Of a stretch of DNA of 64,000 nucleotides, positions 20,052 through 28,172 are shown one piece after another (the stretch's first letter is position 1; each line of letters starts with the position of its first letter). The stretch lies in contig JBKBRF010000002.1 of assembly GCA_046292385.1 (NCBI GenBank), positions 171,653 through 235,652 of the forward strand, given 5' to 3'. Below the pieces are notes generated by a model. The model saw nothing but the letters and a program-made list of their open reading frames with translations. It was not told the origin of the DNA and ran no database searches. The translations under genes were made by a program, and so were the position numbers. This DNA comes from Armatimonadota bacterium. Lineage in GTDB: Bacteria > Armatimonadota > SYMT01.

Positions 20052-20516
20052 TCAATAGCCCATGCCCAGTTCTTGCGCCTGCGCCTGCAGTTCATCGAGC
20101 GTCTCATGCCTTGCGGCGTCGATCCGGCGCTTATAATCCAGCAGGTCGCGGCAGAATACCCGCCTGTGGGTTCCTACCTTTCGGAAGGGGATCTCCCCTC
20201 GCTCCAATAGATCTACCAGGTACGGACGGGATACGAGGAGAAAGTCGGCTGCTTCTTGCGTTGTCAGTTCCGCGTGAATGGGGATTAGCGTAACCGCGTG
20301 TCCCTCCGCCAACTGGTTGAGCAGGTCGACCAACAGCCGGACAGCGACCGGCGGCAGTTCAACCCTGACCGGTTCTGGCTCGTGGCCTACTTGCAGCTCG
20401 ACCCCGTGCCCGGTGTTCGCCAACGGTGCGAGTCGGCGGGCGGACTCGCGCGCCTGCAGGCTCTCTTCTTCAGTCGGGGCCTGTAGCTCATCCGGCTCCA
20501 GCAGTGTAGTTCTCAC
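20052..20516 (-). CDS. Excisionase-type HTH (HTH_17) DNA-binding protein, putative antitoxin
   Basis: ELTTQEAADFLLVSRPYLVDLLERGEIPFRKVGTHRRV; C-terminal AQELGMGY; 3 bp before the PIN gene. Confidence 0.9.
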   Translation of the reverse strand: MRTTLLEPDELQAPTEEESLQARESARRLAPLANTGHGVELQVGHEPEPVRVELPPVAVRLLVDLLNQLAEGHAVTLIPIHAELTTQEAADFLLVSRPYLVDLLERGEIPFRKVGTHRRVFCRDLLDYKRRIDAARHETLDELQAQAQELGMGY

Positions 20517-20680
20517 TGTTTGCTCCCTCGTCTCGTCTCACTACGATAAGAATAGCAGGTGATCGAAATAAACGAAACGGCGGACTGGGAGTTGGCCCGT
20601 AACCCAACACCGAATAAGGGAATTGCGAAACAGCGACCGTCTGGCGCGGCGCTTCGCCATTTCCAGTAGTGCGCCTGCGA

Positions 20681-21094
20681 TCACGGCAGTAGCAGGTGAG
20701 CCAGCGCGGGGAGCACCCCCTCCGGCCTGGACTTGGGCACCCATACGGTCGGTGGGCTCTCCGGTGGGTCCGGCACGTGGAAGCCCCGGTCGCCGTAGAG
20801 GATCCGGTCCGCGTCTACCTCCGGCATCCGGGGCATGAGCAGCGCGCATGGCGTCCCGGCGAGCTTCGGAGAGGCTCGCAGCATGGCCAGGAGGTGGAAA
20901 CCGTCCATCCCACCATCCGTGGGCATCGGATCCAGGACCAGGACGCATTCCTGCCGCCCCGCGGAAGCCTCCAGCGCGGCGAGCGCCTGGGCCAGGCCGT
21001 CGAGCGGCTCGACCGCGTACCCTGCGGTTTCCAGCAGCGCCCGAACGCGTCGTCCCTGCTCCGAATCGCCGATGACCAGCAGCACGCGAGCCAT
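20681..21094 (-). CDS. Atypical single-domain receiver-like protein
   Basis: MARVLLV...LETAGYAV...VLDPMP...MDGFHLL..LRASPKL; GGGAGG SD; N-terminal acidic pair missing. Confidence 0.65.
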   Translation of the reverse strand: MARVLLVIGDSEQGRRVRALLETAGYAVEPLDGLAQALAALEASAGRQECVLVLDPMPTDGGMDGFHLLAMLRASPKLAGTPCALLMPRMPEVDADRILYGDRGFHVPDPPESPPTVWVPKSRPEGVLPALAHLLLP

Positions 21095-21114
21095 GGCGGC
21101 CTCCCGCTGACGAG

Positions 21115-22578
21115 CTACGCCACGATCTCCTTGACGACGTGGCCGTGGGCGTCGGTGAGGCGGAAGTCGCGACCCTGGAAGCGATAGGCGAGGCGGGTGT
21201 TGTCCACGCCGAGGAGGTGCAGGATCGTCGCCTGGAGGTCGTGGACGTGCACCGCTCCCGGCGTGAAGCGCTCCTTGCTCGGCTCGATCGGGTTGCCCTG
21301 GGCGTCGGCGAGGTTGTAGCCGTAGTCGTCGGTGCGGCCGTAGGTGATGCCGGGCTTGACGCCGCCGCCGGCCAGCCAGAGGCTGAAGCAGCGGGGATGG
21401 TGGTCGCGGCCGTAGTTGCCGGGCGACATCTTCCCCTGGCAGTAGCTGGTCCGGCCGAACTCGCCGCCCCAGACGATCAGCGTGTCGTCCAGCATCCCGC
21501 GCTGCTTCAGGTCCTGCACCAGGGCGGCGCTCGCCTGGTCGGTCTCCCGACACTGGTGGTGGATCCCCCCCGGCAGGCCGCCGTGGTGGTCCCAGCCCTG
21601 GTGGTAGAGCTGGATGAAGCGGACCCCTCGCTCCGCCAGCCGGCGCGCCAGCAGGCAGTTGGCGGCGAAGGTGCCCGGCTTGCGCGCGTCCTCGCCGTAG
21701 AGCTGGAAGACCGAATCGGGCTCGCTGGAGAGGTCGGTCACCTCCGGAACGCTCGTCTGCATCCGGAACGCCAGCTCGTACTGCGCGACGCGGGACTCGA
21801 TCTCCGGGTCGAGCTCCTTCTGGAACTGGAGCCGGTTCAGCGCGTTCAGCGTGTCGAGCATGGCGCGGCGGCTGCCGGAGCTGACGCCTTCCGGGTTGGT
21901 GAGGTAAAGCACCGGCTCCTTGCCCGCGCGGAACTGGACCCCCTGGAAGCGGGAGTCGAGGAAGCCGCTGCCCCAGAGACGGGAGTAGAGCGGCTGGTCT
22001 CCCTTGCCGGGGGTCACCAGCACCACGAAGGCGGGCAGGTTCTGGTTGGTGGAGCCGAGGCCGTAGGTGACCCAGGAGCCCATCGAGGGGCGGCCGGCGA
22101 TCTGGGAGCCGGTCTGGAAGAAGGTGATCGCCGGATCGTGGTTGATCGCCTCCGTCCACATCGAGCGGATGATGCAGATCTCGTCCGCGATCTTCGCGGT
22201 GTGGGGGAGCAGCTCGGAAAGCTCCTGGCCGTTCTTCCCGTGCTTCGCGAAGTTGAACTGCGAGCCGGCCAGCGGCAGCTCCGCCTGGTTGGCGCTCATC
22301 CCGGTGAGGCGCTGCTCGCCGCGGACGTGGTCCGGCAGCGGCTTGCCGTGCTGCTCCCGCAGGAGCGGCTTGTGGTCGAACAGCTCCTGCGCGGAGGGGC
22401 CGCCGCTCTGGAAGAGATAGATCACCCGCTTCGCCTTCGCGGGGAAGTGGGTCTTCAGGCCGGAGGCGGGCGCCGCCGCGGCCGGGCTCCCCAGGAGCGC
22501 GTCGAGCCCGAGCGAGCCGAGGCCAAGGGCGGCCCCGGAGAGGAAGTGGCGGCGGGTGAGGGAAAGCGGGTCGAACAT
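21115..22578 (-). CDS. DUF1501 domain protein with Tat signal
   Basis: TRRHFL, HFPAKAKRVIYLFQSGGPS, NCLLARRLAERGVRFIQ, WDHH, WGGEFGRT, GRDHHP. Confidence 0.93.
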   Translation of the reverse strand: MFDPLSLTRRHFLSGAALGLGSLGLDALLGSPAAAAPASGLKTHFPAKAKRVIYLFQSGGPSAQELFDHKPLLREQHGKPLPDHVRGEQRLTGMSANQAELPLAGSQFNFAKHGKNGQELSELLPHTAKIADEICIIRSMWTEAINHDPAITFFQTGSQIAGRPSMGSWVTYGLGSTNQNLPAFVVLVTPGKGDQPLYSRLWGSGFLDSRFQGVQFRAGKEPVLYLTNPEGVSSGSRRAMLDTLNALNRLQFQKELDPEIESRVAQYELAFRMQTSVPEVTDLSSEPDSVFQLYGEDARKPGTFAANCLLARRLAERGVRFIQLYHQGWDHHGGLPGGIHHQCRETDQASAALVQDLKQRGMLDDTLIVWGGEFGRTSYCQGKMSPGNYGRDHHPRCFSLWLAGGGVKPGITYGRTDDYGYNLADAQGNPIEPSKERFTPGAVHVHDLQATILHLLGVDNTRLAYRFQGRDFRLTDAHGHVVKEIVA

Positions 22579-22580
22579 GG

Positions 22581-25500
22581 CTATCGCTTCCAGATCGTGG
22601 CGTCGAGATTCAATACGGTCTGCGCGAGCACGGCGGCGGCGGCGACTTCCACCGCGGGCAGCGCCGGGTCCGGCTTCCGCTCGCCGATCTTGAGCAGCTT
22701 CTCCGCCTCGGCCGGCGCCTGCCGGAAGAAGTCGCGCTGCTTCTCGTAGAGCTGGGTGAGGAGCCGCAGCTCCTCCGCGCTCGGCTGGCGGCTGGCGAGC
22801 CGACGGAAGGTGAAGCGCACCCGCTCCTCCGGCGAGGCGCCGCCTTCCTTCACCGCCGCCTCGCCGAGCACCCGGGCCGCCTCTACGAACTGCGGGTCGT
22901 TCAGCAGCACCAGCGCCTGGAGCGGCGTGTTGGTGCGGGAGCGGCGCGCCACGCAGACCTCGCGGCTGGCGGCGTCGAAGGCGATCATGTTCGGCATCGG
23001 CGCGGTCCGCTTCCACACCGTGTAGAGGCTGCGGCGATAGAGGTCGCCGCCCACGCTCTGGTGGTAGGCGGGGCTCATGCTGTTCGCCTCCCGCCATAGG
23101 TCGCCCGGCTGGTAGGGGCTTACCGGCGGGCCGCCGGCGCGGCGGTCGAGGAGCCCGCTGGTGGCGAGGGCGGTGTCCCGGATCGCCTCCGCGCCCAGGC
23201 GGTGGCTGGGGCCGCGCGCCAGCAGGTCGTTCTCCGGGTCCCGCTCCTTCAGATCCGGCCGCAGCGCGGAGACCTGCCGGTAGGTGCTGGAGAGGACGAC
23301 CTGCTTGAGCAGCGCCTTCACGTCCCAGCCGGAGCGGACCAGCTCCCGCGCCAGCCAGTCGAGCAGCTCCGGATGGGTGGGGAGCTCCCCCTGCAGGCCG
23401 AAGTTGTCCAGCGTCTCCACCAGGCCGCGGCCCCAGAGCAGCGACCAGAACCGGTTGACCGCCACGCGGGCGGTGAGGGGGTGGTCGGGACGCGTGAGCC
23501 ACTTCGCCAGCGCCAGCCGGTCCGGCTTCGCGCCGGCGGGCAGCGGACCGAGCACCGCTGGGACGCCGCGGCCGACCCGGGTCTGCTCCGTCCGCGGGGC
23601 GTCGTAGGCGCCGCGCGCCAGGACGTAGGTCGGCCGGGGCTGCGGCATCTCCTCCATCACGGCGACTTCGATCTGCGGGTCTTCCCGGGCCCAGACCCGC
23701 TCGCGGCGGGCGGTGAGCGCCTGGCTGACTTTCCGCGTCTCCGGGTCGAGGGCGGAGAGGTAGTACTCGCGGAGCGCCGCCTCGTGCTGCGCGGGCTGCG
23801 CCAGCGCCTCGGCGAGCGCGCGGCCGTCGAAGAGGTGCGCCGCCTCCAGCGGGGTAACGTCGCGAGAGAAGAGGTGGAGGTCGTCGATCCGGCCGCCCTT
23901 GAAGCCCTTGTCCCGGAAGCGCTGCCCGAAGGTGAGGGTGTGGGCGCCGATCCCCTTGTAGATGCGGTCCCGGACGATCTCCACCTCCGCGGGCTTGCCG
24001 TCCAGGTAGATCCGCAGCCCGGCGGCGCGGCTGGAGCCGTCGTAGGTGACCGCCACGTGCGTCCAGGTGTTCGGGGTGGTCGGCCGCTTCGTCCGGACTG
24101 CGATCGCGTTCCCCGGCCAGTGGCGGAAGAGGCGCGCGGTGAGGACGCCCTTCTCCGTCAGGAGGTCGTAGCCGTGGGGGCCGGCGTCGGTGCCGCTGCT
24201 GGCCTGGAAGACCACCGCGGGCTCCGCCGCCACGCGGGGATCTCGCATCCAGAAGGCGATGGTGAACGGCGTGTGGCGGCTGAAGCGGCCGAGTGCGGGG
24301 AAGTGGACGTTGTTCTCGCCGTCGAGCTCGATCGCCTTGCCGGAGCGGCCCTCCACCAGCGGCACCTCGTCCTGACGCGCGCCGTGCTCCGTGGCGCCGG
24401 GAGCCAGGTTGCGCAGGGTGGTGCCGTCAAATGACTCGAAATCGAACCGGCCGGTCAGGTCCGCGAGCTGCGGCTGCCCCGGCGACTTCAGCCAGGCGCG
24501 GAACGCCTCCTCGCGGGCGGCGCGGGTCTGCGCCAGCGTCTTCCGCAGCTCCGCCTCGGCCGCGACTTCCCCCGCGAGCGCCGTCTCCCACTCCTCCGTC
24601 GGCAGGAGCAGTGAGGGCGTCGGCACGATGTCGGCGCGGTCGTAAAGGCCGTACTCGTCGATGCTGTTGAAGAAGGCGGAGAGCGCGTAGTACTCGCGCT
24701 GGGAAAGCGGATCGAACTTGTGGTCGTGGCAGCGGGAGCACTCCAGCGTCAGCCCCATGAAGGCGGTGCCGAGCGTGTTCACGCGGTCCGCCACCCCCTC
24801 CAGGCGCCACTCCTCCGGCACGCTGCCGCCCTCGTTCGTCATCCGGTGGAGCCGGTTGAAGGCAGTCGCCAGCCGCTGCTCGCGCGTGGCGTTCGGCAGG
24901 AGGTCGCCGGCCAGCTGCCAGGTGAGGAACTGGTCGTACGGGAGGTTCTGGTTGAAGGCGCGGACCACCCAGTCCCGGTAGGGCCAGGTGGGGCTGAGCT
25001 GGTCGCTCTGGTAGCCGTAGCTGTCCCCGTAGCGGGCGACGTCGAGCCACGGCACCGCCATCCGCTCCCCGTAGTGCGGCGAGGCGAGGAGGCGGTCGAC
25101 CACCGTCTCGTAAGCGGTCGGGGACCTGTCGGCCAGGAAGGCGTCGACTTCCGCCGGCGTCGGCGGGAGGCCGATCAGGTCGAGCGTGACGCGCCGGATC
25201 CAGTCGGCGCGGGTGGCCTCCGGCGACGGCTTCAGCCCCTCCTTCTCCAGGCGCGCCAGCACGAACTGGTCGATCGGCCCGCGCGGCCACTTCGCGTCCT
25301 TCACCGGCGGCACCGGCACGCGGGCGGGGAGCGGGACGAACGACCAATGCGGCTCGTACTTCGCGCCCTCGGCGACCCACCGCCGCAGCAGCGCCTTCTC
25401 CACGGCGGTCAGGCTCTTGTGGCTGGCGATCGGCGGCATCATGCGGGCCGGCTCCTTCGCGAAGACCCGCGCCACCAGGGCGCTCTTCTCCGGCTTCCCC

Positions 25501-25802
25501 GGCACCAGGGCGCCGCGCGCCACCGCCTCTTCCCGCAGGTCGAGCCGCAGGTTCGCCATCCGCGTGCCCTTGTCCGGCCCGTGGCACAGGAAGCAGTTCT
25601 CCGCCAGGATCGGGCGGATGTCGCGGTTGTAGCTCACCGGAGTGACGGCGGCGCGGGTCGCCGGCCTAGCCGCCGGCTTTTTCTTGGGAGGCGCCACCGC
25701 GGCCAGCGACGATCCCGCCGCCACCGCGAGCACCGCCGCCGCCGCGAGAACCGGGTGCCGGCGCCGTCGCCGCGCGCGTGCTCCTGCCGTACCGTGGTCC
25801 AT
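22581..25802 (-). CDS. PSCyt1 / DUF1549 / LamG / DUF1553 domain protein
   Basis: NCFLCHGPD, CSRCHDHKFDP, LamG WTHVAVTYDGSS...IYLDG, PTHPELLDWLA; 2 bp before DUF1501; start approximate. Confidence 0.92.
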   Translation of the reverse strand: MDHGTAGARARRRRRHPVLAAAAVLAVAAGSSLAAVAPPKKKPAARPATRAAVTPVSYNRDIRPILAENCFLCHGPDKGTRMANLRLDLREEAVARGALVPGKPEKSALVARVFAKEPARMMPPIASHKSLTAVEKALLRRWVAEGAKYEPHWSFVPLPARVPVPPVKDAKWPRGPIDQFVLARLEKEGLKPSPEATRADWIRRVTLDLIGLPPTPAEVDAFLADRSPTAYETVVDRLLASPHYGERMAVPWLDVARYGDSYGYQSDQLSPTWPYRDWVVRAFNQNLPYDQFLTWQLAGDLLPNATREQRLATAFNRLHRMTNEGGSVPEEWRLEGVADRVNTLGTAFMGLTLECSRCHDHKFDPLSQREYYALSAFFNSIDEYGLYDRADIVPTPSLLLPTEEWETALAGEVAAEAELRKTLAQTRAAREEAFRAWLKSPGQPQLADLTGRFDFESFDGTTLRNLAPGATEHGARQDEVPLVEGRSGKAIELDGENNVHFPALGRFSRHTPFTIAFWMRDPRVAAEPAVVFQASSGTDAGPHGYDLLTEKGVLTARLFRHWPGNAIAVRTKRPTTPNTWTHVAVTYDGSSRAAGLRIYLDGKPAEVEIVRDRIYKGIGAHTLTFGQRFRDKGFKGGRIDDLHLFSRDVTPLEAAHLFDGRALAEALAQPAQHEAALREYYLSALDPETRKVSQALTARRERVWAREDPQIEVAVMEEMPQPRPTYVLARGAYDAPRTEQTRVGRGVPAVLGPLPAGAKPDRLALAKWLTRPDHPLTARVAVNRFWSLLWGRGLVETLDNFGLQGELPTHPELLDWLARELVRSGWDVKALLKQVVLSSTYRQVSALRPDLKERDPENDLLARGPSHRLGAEAIRDTALATSGLLDRRAGGPPVSPYQPGDLWREANSMSPAYHQSVGGDLYRRSLYTVWKRTAPMPNMIAFDAASREVCVARRSRTNTPLQALVLLNDPQFVEAARVLGEAAVKEGGASPEERVRFTFRRLASRQPSAEELRLLTQLYEKQRDFFRQAPAEAEKLLKIGERKPDPALPAVEVAAAAVLAQTVLNLDATIWKR

Positions 25803-26001
25803 CCCCTGCTCCTCAATCCCGCGTCGCAAGACCCGGCCGCACCGCCGGCCCGACGGCGCAAACACGCCGTCATGTTCCCCCGCCGCCCTCCGCCTCCCTG
25901 CCGACTCCCGGCGCGGGCAGGTTTAGAGAGTTCGTAGGTCGTTTCACCATCCCGTCACTGCGGATCGGCAGAGCACGGCACCGAAGGCGCCCGCAGGACG
26001 C

Positions 26002-26524
26002 CACTTGTGACCACCCCTGGCGAGATACTGTTGGCGAAATCGGGAAGCTTCTCCGGTGCCCCGCTGGCGCGGGACGCGAAAGCAAGCATTCGCACTCCAC
26101 AGGCTAGCCCGGAAGAGATTCCCACTCGTCGAAAGGGAGACTGCGTCGGGGAAGTCTGTGGAGTGCGGTGGCTTGTGTCGCACGCTGTAAGGTTACGCCG
26201 CTGGCGACGCAGGAAGGTTTTGCCGCAACCAAACTCAAGGCGGCGGAAGAATGCTCGGTTAGTCGAGATCAGCAGCGCGCCGAGGGTCCACCCCGCGCCC
26301 TCCCCACCCGGAGCGGCCCTCCCGCGTGGGTGGCCCTCCGCGGCTCCCCCGTTCGGGGGACAAGCCTTTCACGCTCCGGCTTCGCCTGCGCTAGCGGGCG
26401 CTGCGGGCGTTCCCATCGGTTGGCTGCGCTCCGCGTCCGGAAGCGGCGCCATCGGCGGGACGACGGTTTACGGGCCGCTCCAGGCGGCTCAAGCGACCAC
26501 CCCTCGCAGGGGTGGTCACAAGTG
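26002..26524. mobile_element. ~523-bp composite non-coding unit 1 (MITE-like) bounded by a perfect 18-bp inverted repeat
   Basis: cacttgtgaccacccctg (26002-26019) and caggggtggtcacaagtg (26507-26524); contains module E (26012-26159) and structured copy B; no target-site duplication seen. Confidence 0.5.
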
Positions 26525-26533
26525 AACCCCTCC
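26284..26533 (-). ncRNA. Structured repeat element, copy B
   Basis: 13-bp stem 26307-26319 with 26472-26484, P1 hairpin, closely similar to copy A. Confidence 0.5.
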
Positions 26534-26655
26534 AGCCCTGCCTCCGGCAGCGCTTCCGGGCCTCGCAGGTCACCACGCCGCGGGGCGCGAAGCCGGTCGT
26601 GCTGCCTGGCTTGAGGCGACCCGCCGGCTGCCGACCGTGCTGAGACCGGAGGCCC

Positions 26656-26886
26656 CCGGAGGGTGCCAATTGTGACCACCCCTGGCAGGGGTGGTAGCTC
26701 GAAGGGTCGGGAGGCAGCCCGTGAGCTCCCCTGCCGACACGGGTTACGCTTCCTGGCGCGGGAAGAGCTTACCGGAGTCTACTCCCGCAGCGGCCTGCTA
26801 ACGGAGCGCAGCGGAGTGTGAAAAGGCCGCGGAGGGCCTTCGTCGCGGGAGGGCTGCGTCCCGGCACGAGGGCTCGGGGTCGGGTC
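26656..26886 (+). ncRNA. Structured repeat element, copy C
   Basis: P1 accacccct/aggggtggt; stem 26706-26720 with 26851-26865; gcggcct-GCTA...GTGAAA-aggccgc core. Confidence 0.5.
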
Positions 26887-27192
26887 ACGGGATCGCGACT
26901 GCATCTCGCAGAGAAGCAAAGACGCCTCGAGACTAGCCCCTCTCGCTTCACACGCTCCACGCGCGCAACCGCCGGCAGAAGCTGCGGATCCCGACAAGAT
27001 TCTGACGGTGAGTAGTACAGACTGTACCGGAGCCGGCTCCCTGCCTACGAGAGGGAATTCCTCCGGGGCCGGCCTGTGGAGTGCGAATGCTTGCCCCCAG
27101 TACGGGGGCTTGCTTTCGCGCCGCGCGCCCGCGGGGCCACCGGCGCAGCCTCCCGATTTCTCCAACAGTATCCGGCGAGGGGTGTTAGCCCA
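26669..27192. mobile_element. ~524-bp composite non-coding unit 2, a diverged inverted counterpart of unit 1
   Basis: Copy C followed by reverse module E (27017-27184), which aligns with 26012-26159; right end degenerate. Confidence 0.45.
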
Positions 27193-27393
27193 ACGGGGAG
27201 ACAATCTACCACTCAATTCCAGAGCTATCGAAAAACCCCTTGCACACGAAGGGCTCACCCCGGCATCTCTCACTATCTGGGGAAACGACCGCTCCGTCGC
27301 CCCACAGCAAAACGAGCACCGAAGCGGTCCTGGGGGCACCTGTCCCGGGGATCGCGGAGAAAAGTCGAGCCGCATCCCGGGGAGGGGTGGCCT

Positions 27394-28083
27394 ATGCGAC
27401 GTGCTTTCACGCTGCTGGAGCTGCTGGTCACGGTCGCGATCCTTTCAGTCCTGGCCGGGATGCTGTTCCCGGTCTGCGCGCAGGTGCGGGAGAAGGCGCG
27501 GCAGAGCACCTGTCTCAGCAACCTCCGCCAGGTGGGGATGGGTCTGCAGATGTACCTGCAGGACTCGGACGACTGCCTGCCGGACACCCCCTGGGCCGAT
27601 CTGCAGTTCACGCCTTCCCCACCCGCGCCCGCCGGGCCGGGGCCGTCGTCACTGCGGCCCTACACGCGGCTCGGCTGCCTGGTCGCCGCCTTCGAGCCGT
27701 ATATCCGGGACCCCCGCGTCTGGCTCTGCCCCTCCATCCCGGCCTACGCGGGCGGCTCCGCCTGGAGTGACGGGCTCTACGGCGCCTATCGAGTGGGGGG
27801 CCGGGACTACCCGGAGCGCGGCCTATCCAACTACCTGAGCGCCAAGCTCGCGGAGCCGGACCCGGCGAAGCCGCGCTGCGCCCGCGGAAAGCCGGTGCTG
27901 GCGATCGGCACCGGGATGCCGGCGGACGAGCACCTGCTCTACTGCGGCTTCTACTCCCGCTCCTGGGACCCGGCGCCCTGGCGCCGCGGCGCGAGCGTGC
28001 CGCCGGCGAACGGCTGGCAGCCGCACCACCTGCGCCGGGTCGAGCTCTTCTTCGACGGTCACGCGAAGGCGGTCATTCCGTAG
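27394..28083 (+). CDS. Prepilin-type N-terminal cleavage/methylation protein (DUF1559-like)
   Basis: MRRAFTLLELLVTVAILSVLAGMLFPVCAQVREKARQSTCLSNLRQ; C-terminal H...ELFFDGHAK; GGAGG SD. Confidence 0.9.
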   Translation: MRRAFTLLELLVTVAILSVLAGMLFPVCAQVREKARQSTCLSNLRQVGMGLQMYLQDSDDCLPDTPWADLQFTPSPPAPAGPGPSSLRPYTRLGCLVAAFEPYIRDPRVWLCPSIPAYAGGSAWSDGLYGAYRVGGRDYPERGLSNYLSAKLAEPDPAKPRCARGKPVLAIGTGMPADEHLLYCGFYSRSWDPAPWRRGASVPPANGWQPHHLRRVELFFDGHAKAVIP

Positions 28084-28172
28084 GCCCCGGCCGGCGCCGT
28101 CCCTGCCTTCGCGTCTCCACCCTGCCTGTATGGAGGTCGGTCATCATACGCGTTCACCTGGTTCTGCTCCCA

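Noticed and set aside
20052..20516. Excisionase as evidence of a prophage or ICE
   Set aside because: No integrase, att repeat or phage gene; pairing with a PIN gene fits a TA module
25870..27375. Short ORFs in the large intergenic gap (e.g. 26007-26525, 26779-27375)
   Set aside because: They translate repeat modules; shared peptides such as TCDHP reflect DNA repeats; no SD or protein motifs
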